Source: Octopus sinensis (taxonomy: Eukaryota). From it: 17,314 nucleotides of DNA. Below are positions 1 through 7,919 of this stretch, piece after piece. The translations under genes and the position numbers were made by a program. Within the stretch, counting starts at the first letter, position 1. Every line of letters begins with the position of its first letter. The DNA lies in NCBI RefSeq assembly GCF_006345805.1, contig NW_021825226.1, forward strand, positions 1 to 17,314, given 5' to 3'. Under the pieces are notes generated by a model. It was not told the DNA's origin, made no database searches, and saw nothing but the letters and a program-made list of their open reading frames with translations.

Positions 1-199
1 CTCGAGTCTTGCATTCGTTATCCCGTCCTATTCAAACGCTCTTACTCCACTCCACATTTTTGTTCGCTATATAAATCGATCCGAAGCAATGGTTTCTATG
101 TCTTCTGAATCCATTCAAAGTGACTTCATATATATATATATATAAATATATATTCTGCGTTCCTTCTACTAAGTAAAGCCCTTAATCCATATATGCACC

Positions 200-412
200 A
201 TACTCTACGCCAGAGTATGACCGTACATTGATCCCAGATTAAAATAAGGGAATCCAGAAGAATAGCATTAAGTGAACACATCGACATTTGCGGCATAAAC
301 GAACAACCCGACTTTAAAATACTCCCTTCTAAAAATTGAGGGACAATGCAACCTATAATCATTAACAAAGAGTCATATTTTATCACAAAATATAAACCGA
401 TTTTGAATGCTT
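200..412 (+). pseudogene. Degenerate C-terminal part of a Penelope-like GIY-YIG endonuclease
   Basis: Manual translation across stops and frameshifts gives TLRQSMTVH*SQI..RRIALSEHIDICG..FKILP...KESYFITKYKPILN. This matches the L..R...H / H..C / E..FI....P.LN pattern at the end of PLE endonucleases. Confidence 0.7.
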
Positions 413-428
413 TCACCACGGATGACAC

Positions 429-822
429 ATTGGATTTTGGAAGAACTCCGTCGGTTACGACGACGAGGGTTCCGGTTGATCCGAATCAACGGAACAGCCT
501 GCTCGTGAAATTTACGTGTAAGTGGCTGAGCACTCCACAGACACGTGCACCCTCAACGTAGTTCTCGGGGATATTCAGCGTGACACAGAGAGTGAAAAGG
601 CCGGCCCCTTGAAATACAGGTACAACAGAAACAGGAAGTAAGAGTGAGAGAAAGTTGTGGTGAAAGAGTACAGCAGGGGTCGCAACCAACCCCTGCCGGA
701 GCCTCGTGGAGCTTTTTAGGTATTTTCGCTCAATAAACACTCACAACGCCCGGTCTGGGAATCGAAACCGCAATCCTATGACCGCGAGTCCGCTGCCCAA
801 ACCACTGAGCCATTGCGCCTCC
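429..822 (-). mobile_element. tRNA-derived SINE, head H1 + tail T1, full length with TSD
   Basis: Reverse complement of 990..1360 with a tRNA-like head. Flanked by direct repeat (CC)ACGGATGACAC at 416/418..428 and 821/823..833. Confidence 0.92.
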
Positions 823-989
823 ACGGATGACACTACTACTAGGATCTAAGAATAATACCGGCGCAAATATTAAAAACGATAGATATATTCAGAATAGTCG
901 CTACCAATGGATTTATTTAGAACAATTCCAACCGTTACTGCTACAACCACAACAGGTCACTTTTAGGAGACTTGACTACTAAAGAAGGT

Positions 990-1360
990 GGAGGCGCAAT
1001 GGCCTAGTGGTTAGGGCAGCGGACTCGCGGTCATAGGATCGCGGTTTCGATTCCCAGACCGGGCGTTGTGAGTGTTTATTGAACGAAAACACCAAAAAAG
1101 CTCCACGAGGATGGTGGTGATCCATGCTGTACTCTTTCACCACAACTTTATCTCACTCTTACTTCCTGTTTCTGTTGTACCTGTATTTCAAAGGGCCGGC
1201 CTTGTCACTCTCTGTGTCACGCTGAATATCCCCGAGAACTACGTTAAGGGTGCACGTGTCTGTGGAGTGCTCAGCCACTTACACGTTAATTTCACGAGCA
1301 AGCTGTTCCATTGATTCGGATCAACCGGAACCCTCATCGTCGTAACCGAGGGAGTGCTTC
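990..1360 (+). mobile_element. tRNA-derived SINE, head H1 + tail T1
   Basis: A box TGGCCTAGTGG (1000..1010) and B box GGTTTCGATTCC (~1043..1054). Highly similar to 429..822 in inverted orientation. Confidence 0.92.
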
Positions 1361-1696
1361 CATCACTACCGGTTCATACTACGCCTGTCATTTTCTTTTC
1401 TTTCTTCTTCTCCCTCTTCTTTTTCATCATCTGCTTCTCCTTCCTCTTCCTCTGCCATCTATTTATATGGTAACAATCAGCATTTCTCTGAACCCATAAC
1501 TATTTCTTCAGATCTACTACTGCTATTTGATGACTATGGAAATATTTACAACACATTGCATTTAATTTTCTCTCCAAATCAATTTAATTGTCTTTATTGT
1601 TTTACCGGTACTAGACTTTACAAAATGTACTTCATGCTAAAATTGTTGTCTTTGCCTTTCATCCTTTCGCGATCGATTAAAGAAGTACTAGTGTTG

Positions 1697-1975
1697 ATAT
1701 ATGTCTGTAACTATGTATGTATACATATATATATATTCAAATATATATATATATATACATACATGCATGTATATATATGTGTCTATATGTGCTATATATA
1801 TATGATGCATACATATTTATTATATGTGTATATCTATGCATGCATATGTAAACATTTATATTCGTAATATAATTTTTAATTCTTTTTTATTTGTAAAGAT
1901 ATATATATACATTTGTGCGCGCGTGTGTGTGCGTGTATACGCATGTATATAGGTGTATGTGCCATATATATTTGT
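1697..1975. repeat. Degenerate (TA)n/(TG)n microsatellite region
   Basis: Direct inspection. Confidence 0.85.
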
Positions 1976-2129
1976 ATAAAGAGAGAAAGATACTGACTTA
2001 ACCCATCCCCACGAAACTGCTGGCCTGGTGACTAGGTCTGTATCTATTATTACGTAAATGAGCATTGAGACTCCAATCGATGATCAAAATGTATTAACAT
2101 GTTTCTTGATTAAACATCATTTCCCTACT

Positions 2130-3095
2130 GACCTGATTTTACCAAAATCTCTCCATCCAGCTTTTGACTAGAATCGGTAACGTTCGAAAAACAAAGCCAA
2201 GCAAGAAATTCGTGACTAGAGAATATCTTACCCAATGAGACATGCGTGTATACCGCCATTATTGCTAATATATACGCTAAATTTGATTTCAATGTATCCA
2301 TACATTTTCTCTCGTTTGCGTCACGTAACAAAAAATATAGCTTTTATGTTTATTTCGTTGCAAACGTTTGCTTATTTTCTTTCTTTATCGTATTTTGTAT
2401 GGCGGACGCGTATCACAATTGTGTTGTTCTATCCTCCGATATTAACAAATGTCCGTAGAGAAAAACCAGCTGTTCTCATTTATTCTGGTGAAAATATAAT
2501 CCAAACCTTCTCGGGATATCCTGCTCTCTATAATCCAAATCAACAAAAAGCAAACAACATCCACTTTCGTAACGGTAAAATAAGTAAGCTCTCCAAGCTA
2601 TCAATAACCACAAAGAGATGTCTGTTGACAGTTTGGCAGCGTGTAAGACTTAAGCCTTGAAGGGAGAAAAGAAAGCCCATTTTAGTGGAATATACATAGC
2701 TGAAGAACGGGATTTAGAACTTAATAACAACGGACACATGTAGCTAGGCATACTGGTGCTCGATGATATGGATATATCGTGAAATGAAATGTGAAAGAAC
2801 AAACAAAATATATTTGAAAAGAAGCAAGTATTGGAGTCCGAACTTAATTCATGAAGCTTGATAAATGAGATCAAAACAACGACGTTTGCCATTGTGTATT
2901 AAAGTGTGGGATAGATGAAGTCGACGAAAGACGAAAGAGATGAATTAGATAGAAAAACGAAGAGAAAACACTAAACTACCCATGGAGCCCTTCATCTGAA
3001 GCCTAAAGCCATTGGTTTATACATGAAACGGATCTTTGTTGGGAGAGGACACATTAGCATTTCTGATTGTGTGAATGAGAAAAGAAAGTCTGTAT
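2130..3095 (+). repeat. Copy A of an old tandem triplicated unit (unknown segment + R4-like fragment)
   Basis: Collinear homology to 3265..3470 + 5281..6025 and to 6790..7506 + 7831..7882 + 10738..10930. A 31-bp block is identical at 2472, 5420 and 7209. Confidence 0.85.
2635..3092 (+). pseudogene. R4/Dong-like (RLE-type) non-LTR retrotransposon RT C-terminal fragment
   Basis: Degenerate translation LGIL..D..VLESELN..LINEI..ELDRKTK..L.YHGALH..LYMKR..GRGHISISDCV resembles the YLGI / LDRKTRK / HP..RLY..R..GGRGL motifs of R4-clade ORFs. Confidence 0.75.
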
Positions 3096-3479
3096 AAGAC
3101 GGCCAGATTTACGAGTCACCTTGTCTAATAAATGTGACTCATCTCCGAATAACGACCTTCACTTCAAATTGTAACTGTTGTTTCGTTGGTACAAGAAAAG
3201 TTGTTGCGTCTCTATCGGAACAGTTATAGGTACTTTCTTTATACTTTACTTTTTATTAACGGGATCAGGAAGATTAGCGTGTTACGTCCTAAGTTTTGCC
3301 TACTGAGGTCGTTTGCGTCAAAAATTTGAGATTTATTTTTTCACTGGTGATGTTTGAAAATGATAACGTGTAAGAAATTCTGAACCTTAAAACACCGTCC
3401 ATGTAATCGCTAAAATCTGATCTCATTCTGTCCACATATTTTCTCACGTGAGTGTCATGTTACCAAATGCATATGTATA

Positions 3480-3685
3480 TATAGTTAATTCAAACATGAA
3501 AACACCAAGAGAAAACACAAGAACGCGAGGACGGAGAGCAAATATAGTATTATTGAACGCTCAGGAAGAAAGGGAAGAAGGAGGATTTTACGTTTCGAGC
3601 GGAGCTCTTCGTCAGAAAGAAGGGAAAAGGAAAGATCCAGAAAAGGGAAGACGGAGGAAAAAATCGCCAACGGTACACACGCGGG
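3480..3685 (-). mobile_element. Penelope-like pseudo-LTR fragment carrying a hammerhead motif
   Basis: Strand-biased ~200-bp segment between microsatellites that contains a hammerhead core at 3586..3618. Confidence 0.6.
3586..3618 (-). ncRNA. Minimal type I hammerhead ribozyme motif (PLE-type)
   Basis: Minus strand reads UUU-CUGACGA-A-GAGC-UCC-GCUC-GAA-ACGU-A-AAA: core boxes, 4-bp stem II, palindromic loopless stem III (ACGU), GUA cleavage triplet and a weak 3-bp stem I. Confidence 0.7.
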
Positions 3686-3780
3686 TGTGTCTGTGTGTGT
3701 GTATCTCTGTGTGTGTGTGTGTGTGTGGTGTCTGTGTGTGTGTGTGTCTGTGTGTGCGTGTGTGTGTGTGTGTGTGTGTA
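3685..3780. repeat. (TG)n microsatellite
   Basis: Direct inspection. Confidence 0.95.
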
Positions 3781-4080
3781 TGAACTTCTGTTCCAAACGA
3801 TAAAGCCACATGTTTTTTAAAGTTATTTTAAAATCTAGCGCCGTATTTAAGTAAACTAAGGGGAACAGTACACTGTAAATGAGTATTTAGTGAATACTTA
3901 GAGATGTAAACCTTGTACCTCTGAGATGTAAAACATTTTAACACCTGGTTTTTCAATTGTTTTTAACATACAAACAGTTCAAAAGTATAAAGCTACTAAC
4001 ACATTTTCATTTCTTCCCATAGTGTTTCGAAAAATATTCGACTCAGTCGTATTCCCTGTGATCCAAATTACATTTCCAGT

Positions 4081-4371
4081 ATCCTTAACGCTGCCAAGTT
4101 TTCTGAAATTGAACAAGGGAAGATTCTTGCATTGAAAGTTAAAGGAATGAGTAACGTGAAGATTGATGTGAAGGTTCGACGAAGCAGAACACCAGTGGAG
4201 AATTTTCGGAAAGATCTTCACGGCTACAACAGGGTTCGTGCTGGTAGACGTCCCAAGGCTGCATCAGAAACGGACGAAAGGGCCATTGTCAGTGTTATGG
4301 AGAAGTCACATTGCGTTTCTGTTTCGAAAATCAAGGCGTCAGCAGATGTAGAAGCCTCGAAAGATGAGTGA
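4081..4371 (+). pseudogene. Tc3-like (Tc1/mariner) transposase N-terminal DNA-binding domain, truncated
   Basis: Open frame AAKFSEIEQGKILALKVKGMSNVKI..VRRSRTPVENFRKD..GY..RAGRRPKA.SETDERAI..IKA..ASK parallels the Tc3 HTH (LSDTERAQ..ISRSR..LKDP..Y..RRKALS.RDER..ASK). No DDE domain follows. Confidence 0.8.
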
Positions 4372-4663
4372 TTTTGAACCATGGTTTCGACCTGAAGAAG
4401 CGGCTAGGATGTCCGTTAATGTCCCTTTTCCACAAAGGTGTTAGACTAGAGTTTGTTAGGCAGCATTTAGACGTGGGATGAGGAATGATCCAGCGTTCTG
4501 TTCTCTGATAAGAGAAAATGGAATTTGGATTGCCACGACAGGTATAAACATTACTGGAAAGATAAATGTATGGAGAATTATAATTATTCTAAGTGGCAGA
4601 AAAACAGAGGAGGTTTTATAGTGTGCGGAATAATATCTGCCGCTGAGAAGCTTCCACTTGTCA

Positions 4664-4780
4664 TCGTGAAGCTTTAGAGGTTTTCGCTCAATAAACACTC
4701 GCAACGCCCGGTCTGGGAATCAAAACCGCGATCCTACGACCGCGAGTCCGTTGCCCTAACCAATGGGCCATTGCGCCACC
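4664..4780 (-). mobile_element. SINE head H1 fragment (3' truncated)
   Basis: Matches 704..822. Confidence 0.85.
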
Positions 4781-4852
4781 ACACACACACACACACACAC
4801 ACACGCACATATATATATGCGTGTGTGTGTGTGTGTGTTTATGTATGAATAT

Positions 4853-4883
<31 letters not shown>

Positions 4884-5188
4884 ACTTGATCACGTGACCG
4901 ACCAGGCTAGCAGATGTTGCTACACATCGCTGGTCACAATGCGCTTCGCATTGTTTTAGCCTTCAAATGACGCCACCCCGCTGGCTAAGCGAGCAGGCCA
5001 ACAGAAGAAAGAGCGAGAGAAAGTTGTGGCGAAAGAATACAGCAGGGATCGCCACCACCCCTGCCAGAGCCTCGTGGAGCTTTAGGTCTTTTCGCTCAAT
5101 AAACACTCACAACGCCCAGTCTGGGAATCGAAACTGCGATTCGACGCCCGCGAGTCCGCTGCTCTAACCACTGGGCCATAGCGCCTCC
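4884..5188 (-). mobile_element. tRNA-derived SINE, head H1 with a different tail (T2)
   Basis: About 5010..5188 matches the H1 head and body. 4884..5005 is unrelated to tail T1. Confidence 0.85.
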
Positions 5189-5189
5189 A

Positions 5190-5211
5190 TATATGTATAT
5201 ATATATGTGTG

Positions 5212-5280
<69 letters not shown>
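5190..5280. repeat. (TA)n microsatellite
   Basis: Direct inspection. Confidence 0.95.
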
Positions 5281-5599
5281 TTCTTTTCTTTTATTTCGTT
5301 GCAAATATTTGCTTTCTTCCCCTATCTTTTTTGCTTGGTGCAAGCGTATCTGTTTTGTGGTTCTAGAGCCGTTATTAATGAATGTCTACAGAGAAATGCA
5401 AAATAATAAAAGAACTCCCGTTCTCATTTATTCTGGTGAAAATATAATCCGAACTTGCTCGGGATATCCTGCTCTGTATAAACTAAAGGAAAAATAAGAA
5501 AATACAAAGGAAATAATGCAGCTATCCACTTTGGTAAAGGTAAAATATCTAAGTTCTCCAAGCTATCAATAACCACGAAATGATGTGTTTTGACAGATT

Positions 5600-6420
5600 C
5601 ACAGCGTGCAGGACTTTAGCCATAAAGAGAGGAAAGAAATGTTTTTTTCTCAGAAGAGGACTTTAGAACTTAATGACAATGGATACACGTATCTAGGCGT
5701 ACTGGTCTTAGATTATATAATGACATGACGCTTCGGCAAATGAAGAAAAACGTGAAAGCATGAAAGAAATATATATTCGGAAAGGTTAACGCTTGTATTG
5801 AAGTTATAAATTCACCCTTGGATTCTGATAAATTCGAAGGAAAAAAGGGTCGTTTGCCGTCGTAGATTACGTTGTTGGAATAGTGAAAAGGGCGGAAAGT
5901 GATATAGAAGGATTATATAGATATCAAATGCGTTGACCACTTCTCTCAAATACAAATTCCAGTCTTTTACACGATATGAAAAATTGTAGGGGGAGGATTT
6001 ATTAGCCTTCCTGATTGTGTGAATTGAGTACGCAGTAAACAAACCGTTCCTTGCAAAGTGTGAAGTACTATTTGGATATGTCAAAATAGAAACAAGGCCA
6101 TTTGAGCCTGATGAAGAATAATTTGTAAAAGAAATCCGGTGTTAGAAGAAGGACAGATATTCAGTTACATGGAGAGATCCACAGAAACCCCAAGAATGGG
6201 GAAACTCATGTTTCGTCATGGGAGGATGTCAGGAGTGGAGATTTAAAACACAAGAATAGTTACCGTTGTGCATTAGAGGGCTAAGAGTAGAGAATTAGAC
6301 GGAAAATGTAATATATTAATTAGATAAGAAAAAATAAAAGAAGGAACACTTTTATAGAGCCAATTATACTAAGGGCAATGTTAGACTTTCATACATAAAA
6401 CGCACGATGGCAAGGAGAGA
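5600..6420 (+). pseudogene. R4/Dong-like non-LTR fragment (copy B, longest)
   Basis: GYTYLGVL, GGGFISLPDCV and QLHGEIHRN..SWEDVRSGDLK (cf. LHG..W.WL..G.LK.E.E of R4-type ORFs). Homologous to 2635..3092. Confidence 0.72.
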
Positions 6421-6443
6421 ACTAATTAATATTTCCGATAGAT

Positions 6444-6678
6444 AAGTTAAGTTAAGTTAAGTTAATTTTTTGGCTCAAAAAGCAAAAAGCAAAGCCATGT
6501 AGGTGGACATAGAGTTATGTACAGGGTGGTGTTCATGCAAAGAGTTCAGGCCATTTCTGGTCAAGATTAAATGAAGAAAGATCCTTACGGTTTGCCTTGA
6601 CTTATACAGGTGGCGTTTCTCCACATGTCGATCAGCTCCTCTGATAGCTGTTTCGTTGATGTACAAGGAAAACTCCCC
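6444..6678 (-). mobile_element. 5'-truncated 3' end of a non-LTR retroelement with a (TTAAC)n tail
   Basis: Minus strand: ORF end ..QLSEELIDMWRNATCISQGKP*, then a short UTR, A6 and (TTAAC)4. Confidence 0.5.
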
Positions 6679-6679
6679 A

Positions 6680-6737
6680 CCTCTCTTTCTCTGTCTCTCT
6701 CTCTCCCCACATCTCTCTCTCTCTCCCTCTCTCTCTC
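6680..6737. repeat. (CT)n microsatellite
   Basis: Direct inspection. Confidence 0.9.
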
Positions 6738-7506
6738 ACTCAAGACTGTTATAGGATTTTTTTTTTTCAGTTTTGTTCTTTAAAAACGCGTTCAGGAAAG
6801 ATTAGCGTGTTGCTTGGTAACATAACTTTTCTCTCGTGTCCCCATTTTTACCAAAATCCCCATATCTAGTTTTGGAAAGGAACTGGTAACGTTTAGGAAA
6901 AAAATAAATTTCTAACTTGCAAAAATCTTCACCCAATGAAACTTGTGTGTGTATACCGCCATTATTGTCGATATAATCACTAAATTTTGATTTCGTCATA
7001 TCCATAAATATTTTCTCCTGCGTGAATTGTGTAACAAAAAATAAGAAAAAAAATGCTTTTATTCTTATATCGTTGCGAATATCTCCTTTTATTTTCCATT
7101 ATTTATCGTTTTGTGCATGGCGGAGGCGTATCTCTTTCTTTTTGTGGTTCTATACGGCATTATTAAAAGATTTCCGCAGAGAAAAAGCAGAATAATAAAA
7201 GAGCGTCCGTTCTCATTTATTCTGGTGAAAATATAATCCATACTTGCTTGGGATATCCTGCTTTGTATAATCCAAATGAAAAGAAAGAAATATCCATCAA
7301 CTTTGGTGACGGTAAAATATCTAAGATCTCTAAGCTATCAATAACATCGTAGAGATCCTGCGTTGACAGTTTGGCTGTGTGTATGTCTTTAGACATGAAG
7401 AGAGGGAAGAAAGCCTATTTTAGTGGAATAAACGTACCTGAAGAAAGAGATTTCGACCCTAGAACTATGAACTTATATAGCTAAGCATACTGGTACTCAA
7501 TGATAT

Positions 7507-7828
7507 GGCACTCCGTCGGTTGCGACGGTGAGAGTTCCAGCTGATCTGGTTAGCGGAAAAGACTTCTCGTGAAATTATCATGCAGGTGGCTGGGCACTCT
7601 ACTGACACGTGTGCCGTTAAAGTAGTTCTCAGGGAGGTTAAGCGTGACACAGAGTGTGACAAGGCTGGCCCTTTGAAATACAGGAACTACTCATATTTGC
7701 CAGCCGAGTGAACTGGAGCAAAGTGAAATGAAATGTCTTGCTGAAGGATACAACGCATCGCTGGGAATTGAACCCATAAACTTATTATCGTGAGTCGAAT
7801 ACCTTAACCACTGAGCCACGTGCCTTCA
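7507..7828 (-). mobile_element. Older tRNA-derived SINE: different head H2 (CORE-like) + tail T1
   Basis: 7507..7685 matches tail T1. The head has a tRNA-like part and TCCTTCAGCAAGACATTTCA. Degenerate TSD TACTCAATGATAT (7494..7506) / TACTCAAAGATGT (7831..7843). Confidence 0.82.
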
Positions 7829-7919
7829 CATACTCAAAGATGTAATGCTACAGAAGCTGGAGAAATGAGGGACAACATCAAAGGCGCAGGAGTCGCTGTG
7901 TGTTAAGTAGCTTGCTAAC

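Noticed and set aside
990-1065. tRNA gene candidates at the SINE heads
   Set aside because: They continue into repeated SINE bodies and lack a proper acceptor stem and terminator.
2232-2301. Minus-strand signal-peptide-like exon MDTLKSNLAYILAIMAVYTHVSL-G followed by a GTAAGA donor
   Set aside because: Paralogous copies B (~3400..3435) and C (6933..7005) have an extra base that breaks this frame, B lacks the ATG, and no downstream exon was found.
3865-3900. Possible Tc1/mariner left TIR (CAGTACACTGTAAA...)
   Set aside because: No matching right TIR was found in the window.
4376-4410. Hammerhead half-motifs (GAAACCATGGT on the minus strand, CTGAAGA on the plus strand)
   Set aside because: The two core boxes lie on opposite strands, so no complete ribozyme can be formed.
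6444-6465. (AAGTT)n as a telomeric or CRISPR-like repeat
   Set aside because: There are only four units and no spacers; it is better explained as a retroelement tail.
6930-7075. Minus-strand NDIRIKAFFF...KFSDYIDNNGGI, reminiscent of Bcl-2 BH1/BH2
   Set aside because: It lacks the NWGR and GGW tryptophans, the spacing is short, and upstream stops are shared among copies.
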